A DNA stretch of 64,000 bases, from positions 41,817-105,816 of the forward strand of contig JAHISJ010000006.1 of the NCBI GenBank assembly GCA_018818205.1, written 5' to 3'. The stretch comes from Patescibacteria group bacterium (GTDB taxonomy: Bacteria; Patescibacteriota; JABMPQ01; JAHIRA01). The stretch's first letter is position 1; each line of letters opens with the position of its first letter. Positions 49,707 to 59,490 of this stretch are shown in pieces. The notes below the pieces were generated by a model. That model did not search any database and had not been told where the DNA came from. It saw nothing but the letters and a program-made list of their open reading frames with translations. Made by a program: the position numbers and the translations under genes.

Positions 49707-50780
49707 ATGACAAAAAAACAATCATTTTTAACTCGTCTTAAAAGTGACCGGAAGACGCAAATAACGGTTTTTGTTGTTTGTCTTCTTGTTGTCTTTCTCA
49801 TTGTTGTTGTTGCGTATTTTGTGCGAAGGGATAGTGAAGAGACAGGTAAGATTGATGTTGAAGAGAAAGATACATTAGGTCTTATCTCTAGACACCTGGA
49901 TGGTGTACTAGTTGACGTAGAACATGCTAACCCATATCCTGAAGCAGTAATGATAGAAAACTTAAAAAGCGTGCGTCCTCAATCAGGTTTATCTGAGGCC
50001 GGAGTGGTGTATGAGGCATTGGCGGAAGGAGGTATCACTCGGTTTATGGCGATGTATGCAGGAGGTACATCAGATGTTATTGGCCCAGTGAGAAGTGCAC
50101 GGCCGTATTTTGTGGATTTAGCATCAGAGTATAACGCACTGTATGTGCATGCTGGCGGTAGCCCCGAATCTCTTTTAAAAATTCCTGGTTCAGATATCTA
50201 TAGTATCAATCAAATAGGTGGTGATCATGCGTATTATTGGAGGGATAAGAGCTTAAAGGCACCTCACAATCTGTTTACTAAATCCGAGCTTTTAGAATAT
50301 GCATTGAGAGATAAAAACCTGCTTGATAAAAAGCCGGAGTATCAGACATGGACGTTTGAAGATGAAGCTAGTTTAACCGCAAGGCCAGAGGGAGAAAAGG
50401 AGATGACTATTCCATTTTCTTCTGAGGCGTATGAAGTAGTATATATGTATGATCGAGATAAAAACGTGTATAAGCGATTCAATGGTGGCAATCCGCATGT
50501 AGACGCAACAACTGGTGAACAGCTTGAGGCAAAAAATGTGATAGTGCAGTATGCAGAAAAGAAAGTGGTTGACGATGAGGGAAGGCTTGAAGTTGAAGTC
50601 ATAGGAGAGGGTGATGCACTGTATGCTAAAAATGGAGAGGTTGCACAGGGAACTTGGAAAAAGGAAAATACAAATGCGAGAACAGAGTTTCTTGATGAAG
50701 ATGGTAACCCTGTCGCATTTGCGCGAGGGCAACTGTGGATAGAAATTGTTCCAACGGACAAGGAAGTTATCTATAATTAG
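49707..50780 (+). CDS. DUF3048 domain protein
   Basis: AVMIEN...RPQSGL..A..VYE.LAEGGITRF, GPVRSARPYF, HAGGS, APHNL. Confidence 0.92.
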   Translation: MTKKQSFLTRLKSDRKTQITVFVVCLLVVFLIVVVAYFVRRDSEETGKIDVEEKDTLGLISRHLDGVLVDVEHANPYPEAVMIENLKSVRPQSGLSEAGVVYEALAEGGITRFMAMYAGGTSDVIGPVRSARPYFVDLASEYNALYVHAGGSPESLLKIPGSDIYSINQIGGDHAYYWRDKSLKAPHNLFTKSELLEYALRDKNLLDKKPEYQTWTFEDEASLTARPEGEKEMTIPFSSEAYEVVYMYDRDKNVYKRFNGGNPHVDATTGEQLEAKNVIVQYAEKKVVDDEGRLEVEVIGEGDALYAKNGEVAQGTWKKENTNARTEFLDEDGNPVAFARGQLWIEIVPTDKEVIYN

Positions 50781-50805
50781 ACAGTAACGTAATACAAAAA
50801 TTATT

Positions 50806-52041
50806 ATGGCAGCAGATACAATCGATTTATCACAAGGAAAAAAGTCAGGGAAGAAGCCTGTTTCCTCGTCTTCAAACCCTATGACTCAAAGAAAGTCTGA
50901 TGGTCCGTCACCAAAAATGACCAATGGAAAACCTGGTGGCAAGCAGGGTTTTTTTGCACGCGCAAAAGAAACGATAAAGAATAATCGAGCGCTTCAAGTT
51001 GTTCTCATATTTGTCGGCATCTTTTTGATTGCTGGCCTTACCTACGCTGCTCAGCAACTGTTCTTTAACAATAAGCCATTAGATGTAGTAGAGATAGAGG
51101 AAGAAAAGATAGAAGCAGTAGTAGATATGGGTAATCCACTTGAGAGAAGAACTGATGGAGTTTTGGTTGATAGTGAGTTGGAGGCGAATAAGTATCCAGT
51201 TGCGATTATGATTGAGAACTTATCATCAGTCAGGCCGCAATCCGGACTCTCCGTTGCAAACATAGTGTATGAAACTCTTGCTGAAGGGGGTATTACACGA
51301 TTTATGGCAATCTTTGCGGGTGATGCTGCAAAAGAAATACATCCCGTGAGAAGTGCACGGCCATACTATTTAGAATGGGTTCAGGAGTACAAAGCGCTAT
51401 ACGGACATGCCGGTGGGTCACCACAAGCGCTGGAAGCTATTTCTGGCTTAGGTGTCCATGATTTGAATGCATTGTCTAACGACGGGAAATATTTTTGGCG
51501 AGGACCTGGAAGTGCGCCACATAACTTGTATACTTCTACAACCCTTATAGAGCGCGCAGTGCGTGATAAAGGTCTTTTGGAAGAGGAAGCTGACTTTGAG
51601 CCTTGGCTCTTTGCTGATGCTAAATCTTCATCTGATAGGCCAGATGAAGAAAAACGCATTGAACTTGATTTCTCAAATGGCAATTACAATGTGAGGTATA
51701 CGTATGATCATGAAAATAACTGCTACAAACGATATCATGTAGCAACTGAGCATATTGATAGGGAAGACGGTGAGCAGCTTTGCCCAACTAATGTTGTAGT
51801 TCAGATAGTCCCTCCGGAGATTTCTGCGGGTGAAAAAGGAAGAATTGCACTCGATGTTACTGGCGAAGGAGATGTAATTGTGTTTAACAATGGTGAAGTA
51901 GCAAAAGGAACCTGGAAGAAGGAAGACAGAGATGCACGGACAAAGTTTCTTGATGAAGAAGGAAACGAGATTCCGCTTGCACGAGGGCAGGTATGGATAG
52001 AGGTTATTCCTAATGACAAGCGTGTTGTGTATGATGAGTAA
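50806..52041 (+). CDS. DUF3048 domain protein (tandem paralog)
   Basis: Same motifs: AIMIEN..VRPQSGL, EGGITRF, PVRSARPY, APHNLY, RGQVWIE. Confidence 0.92.
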   Translation: MAADTIDLSQGKKSGKKPVSSSSNPMTQRKSDGPSPKMTNGKPGGKQGFFARAKETIKNNRALQVVLIFVGIFLIAGLTYAAQQLFFNNKPLDVVEIEEEKIEAVVDMGNPLERRTDGVLVDSELEANKYPVAIMIENLSSVRPQSGLSVANIVYETLAEGGITRFMAIFAGDAAKEIHPVRSARPYYLEWVQEYKALYGHAGGSPQALEAISGLGVHDLNALSNDGKYFWRGPGSAPHNLYTSTTLIERAVRDKGLLEEEADFEPWLFADAKSSSDRPDEEKRIELDFSNGNYNVRYTYDHENNCYKRYHVATEHIDREDGEQLCPTNVVVQIVPPEISAGEKGRIALDVTGEGDVIVFNNGEVAKGTWKKEDRDARTKFLDEEGNEIPLARGQVWIEVIPNDKRVVYDE

Positions 52042-52070
52042 AGTTTGCTAAAGAAAACATAGACTGATTT

Positions 52071-52100
52071 AAACCCCAGGGCAGTACTCTGGGGTTTTTT
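52071..52100 (+). terminator. Intrinsic terminator
   Basis: AAACCCCAG...CTGGGGTTTTTT after DUF3048 pair. Confidence 0.75.
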
Positions 52101-52213
52101 GTGGGAAGTGAAGTCTCTTGACAAAATATCTATTTTATGTTATAGTTTTTATGCTATTTTGCATCAACTGTATGCATGTAGCACGGCTTGGGCAAGTTTT
52201 GCTAGGAGGAATC

Positions 52214-52645
52214 ATGTATAAAAAAGTGAGTGTTTTTATTCTTGTTATTATTCTTGTTATTTTGGGTGTCTATATGTTGAAGTCTCTCGATGAATCGAAA
52301 GCGAAAGCTGATAAAAAGATTAAGCTGTGCTTGACATTGAAAGCGAAAGCTCGCGAAAGCAATGTTGTTCTCGCGAAGAGAGTAACGAAACTTGTTGAAA
52401 AATTATCTGTTGATGTTGTTACTGTACATGCGAGCGCGGTGCAAAACGCGCGCGTACAAATTAAAGAACGGAAGTTGTTATGCGAACGATATTCCACTTC
52501 TCCCTGTTCTGAGTGGGCGGCGACCGTGATTTCTGAGTACAAATTTCTTATTGAGATTTGTCAGAACCGCGGATTAAAACACTGCCCCTCAAAGAAAAGT
52601 TGGCGTAAATTGTGGCACCAGATCATTAAAGTAAACTGTAACTAA
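52214..52645 (+). CDS. Hypothetical Cys-containing membrane-anchored/secreted protein (ORFan)
   Basis: TTGACA-17-TATAGT (52118-52146), AGGAGG SD, N-terminal TM, six Cys. Confidence 0.65.
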   Translation: MYKKVSVFILVIILVILGVYMLKSLDESKAKADKKIKLCLTLKAKARESNVVLAKRVTKLVEKLSVDVVTVHASAVQNARVQIKERKLLCERYSTSPCSEWAATVISEYKFLIEICQNRGLKHCPSKKSWRKLWHQIIKVNCN

Positions 52646-52732
52646 AAAAGAAGCTTTGCCCAAGCCTCTTTTTTTTATGCTAAAAAATATGAATGCTGTA
52701 GCAGAATTTAGGATAGTAGGTACAAAAAGAAT

Positions 52733-53617
52733 TTATCTAACAATCGTTGCTGCAAGTCCAATCTTAATCTTCTTAGCATTTTTTCTTTTTGGTGAACTCA
52801 AAGCCTCAATAGGGGCTATTTTTGTTTTTGGATATTTTTTGGTAATTAGTTTTTTGAGTGCAGTATACTGATGTGGGTCGATTTCTAAAAAGAGGAGCAT
52901 TTTCTTGTCTATAAAAGGCTCAAGCGACTCTATAAGCTCTTCGTAAAAATAAAGTCCGTAATTTTTTGCAACCAATGCTTCTTTTGGTTCATAATGTATT
53001 TCTGGTTGTACATCAAGATATACATCTTCAGAAAGATAGGGAAGATTGGCAATGACGGTGTTAATCTTTAAGTCCTTGGGATATTTTTTGAGCAAGTCGC
53101 TTAAAAGAATCGTGACATTGGATACAGTATGTTTATCTAGATTTGCTTTTACGACGCTGAGTACTTTTTTAGAAATGTCAGATGCAATGATAGTGGTTTT
53201 TGGGAACAGTTTTCCCAGTGTCACTGCGATAGCTCCTGACCCAGTCCCCACATCAGCAATACAGTAGTGCTTTTTATTTTTAGTATCTTTTTTTATGACG
53301 TTTTTTGCGTACTCAATAATTGTTTCTGTTTCAGGACGGGGGATGAGCACATCTTGGCTCACAATAATTTTGAGTCCATAAAATTCTTTCTCACTAGTAA
53401 GATATGCAATGGGAATATGAATTTTTCGTTTTTTAATAAGTGAATCAAATCGACTTGCTTGTTTTTTGGTTAGTTTCCTTTTTGGATGAGCAAGGAGCTT
53501 TGTTCTGGGTGCATTGAGGGTGTGCATAAGTAATACTTCTGCATCAAGGGGAGCGGTCTTAATCCCTGCATCTTCCAACGTTTGTGTTCCTTTTTTTAAG
53601 GCGTCTTTGATGATCAT
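52733..53617 (-). CDS. prmC: Release factor glutamine methyltransferase
   Basis: PIAYL...EFYG, VLIPRPETE, DVGTGSGAIA, ANLPY, EP..AL. Confidence 0.96.
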   Translation of the reverse strand: MIIKDALKKGTQTLEDAGIKTAPLDAEVLLMHTLNAPRTKLLAHPKRKLTKKQASRFDSLIKKRKIHIPIAYLTSEKEFYGLKIIVSQDVLIPRPETETIIEYAKNVIKKDTKNKKHYCIADVGTGSGAIAVTLGKLFPKTTIIASDISKKVLSVVKANLDKHTVSNVTILLSDLLKKYPKDLKINTVIANLPYLSEDVYLDVQPEIHYEPKEALVAKNYGLYFYEELIESLEPFIDKKMLLFLEIDPHQYTALKKLITKKYPKTKIAPIEALSSPKRKNAKKIKIGLAATIVR

Positions 53618-53638
53618 TTTTTTTCTTTAATAATATGT

Positions 53639-54859
53639 CTATCCTGTCCAATATGAGTTAACAAAGAGCATGATAATAATCACAGAGAGCATGATTGAGA
53701 GGATTAGATACAGACTTTTCCACGGCTCTTTGCGAGTAATTTTAGCAAGAAATATGAATGCGGGAAACAACACAACGGTGAACCTACCCATGCTGATGTA
53801 ACTTTGTGTCATGCTGGCCATAATGAGAGAAAAGAACATAAACACTCCATACGATTTTCTGAGTTTAAAGAAAATGACGATACTCAGGATAAAGAAAATA
53901 ACAAACGAAAGGAAATCAAATGCATTGGTAAAGTAGTATGCGGCAAATTCTTGTGAGTAGGTGACAAAGTCGTGTAAGTATGTGAAGAACGTTTTAATAA
54001 ACCCCGTGATTGATAAATCCGTAGACCTGCCCCATGCCTCTTGTGCTTTAGCAAAAAGGAGGGGATCGCCAAATTTTGCGTAGAGAAAATACATAAAAGC
54101 ACCAATGCCAAGAGGAGTGAGTCCGATCCATAGAATGTTTGGCTTAATACTTTTAACCCTAAATTCTCGTTGTTCAAAATACTCAACGAGTAATACCAAG
54201 ATAAGGATTATTCCTGTGGGACGAGTGGCTGTTGCCAGTGCTGCAAACGTACCCGCAAAAAACCATTTGTCTTTTCTGGCAAAGTAGAGTGATGCAAGTA
54301 CTGTAAGAAGAAAAAGGGATTCGGTGTAGACGCATACTAAGAAGAACGCGTAGGGGAATATGAGGAGGTAAAGTACGCTACGATAGGCAAGTGATGATTT
54401 TGTGAGATCCTTTTTGGCAAGGAAATACAAAATAATACAGGCAAAAAAGAGTGCAGCAGTTGAGATAAGCATGCCCGCAATAAGATGGTTGCCACCAAGG
54501 AGATTCCCAATATATCGCATAAGAAGCGGGTAGAGGGGAAAGAATACGATATTAGATGGCTCTGCGGAGCCGCTAACATAGTATCCATTTTCTGCAATAG
54601 ATAAATACCATCCTGAATCCCATCTGGCAAAGAGGTTTAAAATGCCAGAAAGAGCTGGTTTCCATGGACTTTCTGGAACCCACGGATATGCGGTGTCTTT
54701 GGAAAGATTAAATCGATTTGCAGCAATGAAACCGATGATCCAGACAATGATGCGCCAACCCAAAAAAAGACCGGTAACCACAAGAAGTTCTTTTTTGTGG
54801 TGAACAAGTCTTTTGCGAAAAGAGCTCAGCGCTCGTTTAATTTTTGTTGGGATGGGCAT
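53639..54859 (-). CDS. PIG-V/PimE-like GT-C mannosyltransferase family membrane protein
   Basis: [36 protein letters not shown]. Confidence 0.85.
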   Translation of the reverse strand: MPIPTKIKRALSSFRKRLVHHKKELLVVTGLFLGWRIIVWIIGFIAANRFNLSKDTAYPWVPESPWKPALSGILNLFARWDSGWYLSIAENGYYVSGSAEPSNIVFFPLYPLLMRYIGNLLGGNHLIAGMLISTAALFFACIILYFLAKKDLTKSSLAYRSVLYLLIFPYAFFLVCVYTESLFLLTVLASLYFARKDKWFFAGTFAALATATRPTGIILILVLLVEYFEQREFRVKSIKPNILWIGLTPLGIGAFMYFLYAKFGDPLLFAKAQEAWGRSTDLSITGFIKTFFTYLHDFVTYSQEFAAYYFTNAFDFLSFVIFFILSIVIFFKLRKSYGVFMFFSLIMASMTQSYISMGRFTVVLFPAFIFLAKITRKEPWKSLYLILSIMLSVIIIMLFVNSYWTG

Positions 54860-55916
54860 GTTCAAGCTTTTGTTTTTGATCTTCCTCAGCAAGTTTCTCT
54901 GTTATTCTTTCTATATTGCCATCTAAGAAATCTGGGAGGTTTTTTTGTGTTTCGGTGATCCGGTGGTCAGTTACGCGATCTTGGGGAAAGTTATATGTTC
55001 TAATTTTTTCACTTCTGTCTCCAGAACCTACTTGAATTTTTCTTTCAGTTCCGCGTTTATTTGCCTCTGCTTCACGTTTTGCTGCAAGAAGTCTTGTTCT
55101 TAAAACCTTCATTGCTTTCATCTTGTTTTTAAGCTGAGATCTCTCGTCCTGACAGATAACAACGGTATCTGTGGGGATATGTACAATGCGTACGGCTGAA
55201 TAGGTAGTGTTTACACTTTGTCCACCGTGACCGGAAGCGCAGAACGTGTCGATCCGTAAGTCTTTTGGCTCTATTTTTAGATCAACTTCTTCAGCTTCGG
55301 GGAGTACTGCAACTGTTATTGTTGAGGTATGAATACGTCCCGACTTTTCTGTCTCGGGGACTCGTTGTACTCTATGTACTCCGCTTTCGTATTTTAGGTG
55401 TTTATATACGTTTTTACCTTTCACTGAAAAGATAATTTCTTTATAGCCACCAATACCACTTCTGTTTGAGTTTAAAATTTCGACTTTGTATCCTTTTTTC
55501 TCTCCGTAACGCTCATACATTCTAAAAAGATCTGCGGCAAAAAGACCTGCTTCATCACCACCTGCTCCTGCACGAATTTCAATAATAATATCTTTTGAGT
55601 CGCTTGAATCTTTTGGGATGAGGGCAACCTTAATTTCTTCTTCGAGTTTTTCTTTTTCGCTTGATAGAGTAGAGAGTTCTTCCTCAGCAAGAGAGAGGAG
55701 CTCTTTGTCACTTTCTTCAGCAAGTAAGTCTTTTGCTTCCCTAATATTAGTTACTGTAGTTATGTAGCGGAGTGCGAGGTCATGCATTTCTTCAAGCTCA
55801 GAGAGTCTAATAGAAAGGTCTTTATATTTTTTTGGATCAGAAGAAACACTCGGGTCAGAGAGTTTTGTATTAAGTGAGTCGTATTCTTCTATGACTTTTT
55901 TAAGCTTTTCTTCCAT
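54837..55916 (-). CDS. prfA: Peptide chain release factor 1
   Basis: [21 protein letters not shown] (PxT), [21 protein letters not shown]. Confidence 0.98.
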   Translation of the reverse strand: MEEKLKKVIEEYDSLNTKLSDPSVSSDPKKYKDLSIRLSELEEMHDLALRYITTVTNIREAKDLLAEESDKELLSLAEEELSTLSSEKEKLEEEIKVALIPKDSSDSKDIIIEIRAGAGGDEAGLFAADLFRMYERYGEKKGYKVEILNSNRSGIGGYKEIIFSVKGKNVYKHLKYESGVHRVQRVPETEKSGRIHTSTITVAVLPEAEEVDLKIEPKDLRIDTFCASGHGGQSVNTTYSAVRIVHIPTDTVVICQDERSQLKNKMKAMKVLRTRLLAAKREAEANKRGTERKIQVGSGDRSEKIRTYNFPQDRVTDHRITETQKNLPDFLDGNIERITEKLAEEDQKQKLEHAHPNKN

Positions 55917-56038
55917 AGTTTTTCTTATCTAACAACAAAATTGTACCGCGGGGAAGGTGAAATGAAAAGAGCTTCTAGACTTACGTGTACAAAAAAGAAC
56001 AAGCGTGAACTTGTTCTTTGTAATACAAAATTGCGAAG

Positions 56039-56341
56039 CTATTTAACCTTGAGCTCGCTTAGATCTTTTTTAAGGCTTTTTTCCTGCTTCTTTGAAACTT
56101 TTTTACCTGCTGTTGGCTTTTTTAGCGATGCTTTAAGGGATTTGGTCTTCTTCATGCGTTCCTTAAACTTATCTACCATTCCTGCAGTATCAACGAGTTT
56201 TTGCTTACCTGTGTAGAAAGGATGACACATTGAGCAGATTTCAACGGGAATCTTTTCTTCTGTTGAACCTACCTCAAACGTGTTTCCGCATGCGCAGGTT
56301 ACGGTTGCCTTATAGTACTTTGGGTGAATGTTTTTCTTCAT
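56039..56341 (-). CDS. rpmE: 50S ribosomal protein L31 (Zn-binding type, Lys-rich tail)
   Basis: [25 protein letters not shown]. Confidence 0.97.
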   Translation of the reverse strand: MKKNIHPKYYKATVTCACGNTFEVGSTEEKIPVEICSMCHPFYTGKQKLVDTAGMVDKFKERMKKTKSLKASLKKPTAGKKVSKKQEKSLKKDLSELKVK

Positions 56342-56403
56342 ACGTTTTAAAAAATGGATATAGACCTATTATATAGAAGTTCTAGCGTTTGACAAGGGAA
56401 TAA

Positions 56404-58020
56404 TTACTTATTCTTAAGACATTTTATCATGTACGTTTCACGGAGGCGATATCCAATTTTTCGATAATAATTTCTGGCTCCAATCCCAGAAATAACCGTT
56501 ATTCTTGAGAGATTACATTCTTTATTTGTTATTTTTTCAGCTTCTGTGATGAGTAGTTTACCGTAGCCTACGTGTTGAGAAGCTCGTTTCTTTCTATCCG
56601 AGAATTCAAGCGTTTCTCCATAAGTATGCACTTCTCTAATAATCGATGCGTTTTTAAGTACTGGGATAAATACATCAAGGGAGGGGATCCTAAGCCTAAG
56701 GAGTGCAATAAGTTTATCTTTCTTAGTATCTTCAAAACTTAAAAATATTTCGGTACCGCCTGATGCGTTATAGTCTCTGCGGACCATTTTTATATTTTCT
56801 TTGATGATTTTTTCGTCACGTATTTCTCTACATCTAATGCACTGACATTTTGCATGCTCTGTTTCCATTTTTTGGTGTACGATTTGCCTGATATTTGACA
56901 GTTTATTTCCTCCAATAATGTCTGGAGCAGGTATGTCTCTTCCAAGTCGCATGATACGTACGTAAGGTGGGATTACTTTCTTAATATTCATAATAAGCTC
57001 AACGAGTTGAGCATTGGTGTACGGTGTGAACTTTTTCTCTCTATAGAGCTTTTCTAAGTCTGAATCGCGTGTTACAACACATGGATATATTTTGATAAGA
57101 TCAGGCTTAAAGTTGGGATTATTAAAAAGTGTTTCAAACATTTCAAGATCTCGTTTTATTGTTGATCCGTACAAATTTGGCATGAGGTGGTAGTTGATCT
57201 TAAGCCCTGCATCTTTGAGGAGCTTGGTTGCACGAATAGTCTCTTTAACACTATGGCCGCGCCTGTTTTTTTTAAGCACATCATCATAAATTGACTGAAC
57301 ACCAATTTCTACACGCGTTGCACCGAGCTCCCTAAACCATAGAATTTCCTTTTTGGTGATGTAATCGGGACGTGTTTCTAATGTTAGACCGATGATGCGA
57401 TTTTTGGCGGATTCGTTGCGTTTTTGGGCAGTCTGTAGAGACGCAAAATGTAGAGGCGCAAGATTTTGCGCCTCTACATTTTGCGCCTCTACAGACCCAT
57501 TCGCCGCGTCAAAACATCGTTTAATAAACCACGTTTGATACTTTTTTGGCAGGGTTGAGAACGTACCTCCCATGACAATAAGCTCAATTTTATTGGTGAG
57601 ATGACCGGTGATATTAAGTGCGTTGATTCTGGCTTGAACTTGTCTAAAGGGGTCAAATTCGGTGAGCACTGCGCGCATAACTGCAGGCTCATCAGAAAAA
57701 TAGCTTTTGGGCATACCTTTTTCTGTTGGACAGTAAAGGCAGTTTCCAGGGCATGGCCATGGTTTTGTCAGTACGGCAATTGAGGCAATGCCAGAGAGTG
57801 TACGTGTTTTTTGTTTTTGAAGAACCTTAAAGAGTTTTTTATCTGGTGCTATTTCTTTTTTTTCGAGCAATTCTCTGTACGCTGCAAGCAGTTCAATATT
57901 AGAAAAGCAGGGCATACTGTGTTTTTCAGCATATTCCCTTTTGCGTTTTTCAAAAAGCTTTGTCGTGGTATGATTACCCGTGGACACGTCTCTAATAAAA
58001 TGTTTGGCATGTTTTGACAT
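56404..58020 (-). CDS. elp3: Elp3 tRNA U34 carboxymethylase (radical SAM + KAT domains)
   Basis: RTLSG, CPGNCLYCP, PKSY...EPA, MGGTF, ETRPD, E.GVQS, RLGRDIP, REVHTYG, QH.GYG..L..EAE, ISG.GAR.YY. Confidence 0.93.
   Translation of the reverse strand: MSKHAKHFIRDVSTGNHTTTKLFEKRKREYAEKHSMPCFSNIELLAAYRELLEKKEIAPDKKLFKVLQKQKTRTLSGIASIAVLTKPWPCPGNCLYCPTEKGMPKSYFSDEPAVMRAVLTEFDPFRQVQARINALNITGHLTNKIELIVMGGTFSTLPKKYQTWFIKRCFDAANGSVEAQNVEAQNLAPLHFASLQTAQKRNESAKNRIIGLTLETRPDYITKKEILWFRELGATRVEIGVQSIYDDVLKKNRRGHSVKETIRATKLLKDAGLKINYHLMPNLYGSTIKRDLEMFETLFNNPNFKPDLIKIYPCVVTRDSDLEKLYREKKFTPYTNAQLVELIMNIKKVIPPYVRIMRLGRDIPAPDIIGGNKLSNIRQIVHQKMETEHAKCQCIRCREIRDEKIIKENIKMVRRDYNASGGTEIFLSFEDTKKDKLIALLRLRIPSLDVFIPVLKNASIIREVHTYGETLEFSDRKKRASQHVGYGKLLITEAEKITNKECNLSRITVISGIGARNYYRKIGYRLRETYMIKCLKNK
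57431..57496. repeat. Nested GTAG REP hairpin inserted in-frame in elp3
   Basis: 33-bp arms with 2 mismatches; encodes SVEAQNVEAQNLAPLHFASLQ. Confidence 0.85.
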
Positions 58021-58057
58021 GGCTGTATTTAACCATTTGTGATCAATTTTTACAAGC

Positions 58058-58780
58058 ATGAAACAGGAATTTGCAGAAAAACTTATAGAGCAAAATCGGA
58101 AAAATTATAACTTTCTTTCCGAAGATTTTGCAAAAACACGCGCGTATCCATGGGAAGAAATGAAAGAGCTGTTAACGTACATAAAAAAGGGAGACGTTAT
58201 ATTAGACATTGGTTCAGGGAGCGGGAGAACATTTAAGCTGTTGCAGGGAATGGATGTTACATTTACCGGCATAGACATTTCTGAGAAAATGGTTATGCAC
58301 TGCAAAAAAGAATATGGAGATCATGCGCTTAAACCCACATTTGCCTGTCAAAATGCTGTTTCTCTGTCTTTCGACGATTCAATCTTTGACCGTGTTTTTG
58401 CTGTTGCGGTACTGCATCACATCCCTTCATATGATCTTAGGCTAAAAGCTATGCAAGAGTTTTATAGAGTGCTTAAAAAGGGTGGTTTGGTTCTTATGAC
58501 AAACTGGAATTTATGGCAGCCAAGGTATATTACAAAAGTGTTAAAAAATGGTGTCAAAAGTATTTTTGGTATGAGCAGGTACGATGTTGGCGATGTTATT
58601 GTACCGTGGATTACCAAGCGAGCGGTGCTTAAGCGCTATTATCATGCTTTTACTGTTAGTGAGCTTGAACGTCTTGCAAAGGAGGCCGGTTTCATGGTAG
58701 AAAGGAACTATCTTTTCCCGCAAAAAGGGAAGTCATCATATCTTAATTCAAGGAATATATGTACAGTATTAAAAAAATAG
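58058..58780 (+). CDS. Class I SAM methyltransferase, Trm9/ALKBH8-like
   Basis: Y....EDF.KTR.YPW, LDIGSGSGR, AVAVLHHIP...R...QE.YRVLK.GG....NW, RYYHAF...EL. Confidence 0.8.
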   Translation: MKQEFAEKLIEQNRKNYNFLSEDFAKTRAYPWEEMKELLTYIKKGDVILDIGSGSGRTFKLLQGMDVTFTGIDISEKMVMHCKKEYGDHALKPTFACQNAVSLSFDDSIFDRVFAVAVLHHIPSYDLRLKAMQEFYRVLKKGGLVLMTNWNLWQPRYITKVLKNGVKSIFGMSRYDVGDVIVPWITKRAVLKRYYHAFTVSELERLAKEAGFMVERNYLFPQKGKSSYLNSRNICTVLKK

Positions 58781-59319
58781 TTACTATAGTGGTTCTTTTG
58801 TGTATGCTCAGTGTGGGTTTTTCTGCGTGTGGCAACAAAGCGCCTGATGGAGAGCTTGTGCCAACAGGCGAAGATCTTGAGGCAACCAAGGGAAGTCTTA
58901 TAGACAGTGCTCATCCAAGTGAGGAGTTTATGGAAGGCGTGTCTATTACACAAGTGTCTGATGATACGTTTGGATTTAATGGACCAGGAGGTGAGACAGT
59001 GATTGATGCGGAGCTTCCAGACGATTTTCCTGAGGATGTGCCGCAGGTGCTTAAAGGAGAGATCCTCTCATCTGCAAAAAGTAAGTCGGTTGATGGAGAA
59101 AAGACCGTTTTTACTGTTTTTTGGAGTTCAGGTGAGTCACTTGCTGACCTTGTTAAATATACAGAGACTATTAGAAGCCATGGATGGGAAGACAATGGTG
59201 CTGATGACTTTGAGACGTCTCAGTATTTTAGATATGCAAAAGACGGACGTGCCCTTGATTTTTCAGTTGCAGAAGCTGAAGAAGGTAAGCGAGAGGTCAT
59301 GGTCATGGTGGAGAAGTAG
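58759..59319 (+). CDS. Putative lipoprotein
   Basis: Signal peptide with FSAC lipobox; LPDDFPEDVP motif. Confidence 0.75.
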   Translation: MYSIKKIVTIVVLLCMLSVGFSACGNKAPDGELVPTGEDLEATKGSLIDSAHPSEEFMEGVSITQVSDDTFGFNGPGGETVIDAELPDDFPEDVPQVLKGEILSSAKSKSVDGEKTVFTVFWSSGESLADLVKYTETIRSHGWEDNGADDFETSQYFRYAKDGRALDFSVAEAEEGKREVMVMVEK

Positions 59320-59335
59320 TATAATCCAAGTAGTC

Positions 59336-59473
59336 TTGATCCTTTTTTTGTCCTTTGGTATAATCATCTTACTAATTTATAAGTCTATCACTCATGCTTT
59401 TCTGATTGTGAGGGTTCCTGTCCCACTTAGGTAAACCTACTTGGGTCTCTCTTACAAGATGACGAAAGCAGTG
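59336..59473 (+). promoter_or_regulatory. rpsB promoter and structured 5' leader
   Basis: TTGATC-17-TATAAT; nested stems TGCTTT/AAAGCA, TTGTGAGGG/CTCTTACAA, CCCA/TGGG, TAGGT/ACCTA. Confidence 0.55.
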
Positions 59474-59490
59474 GCTAAGGAAAAATCATT

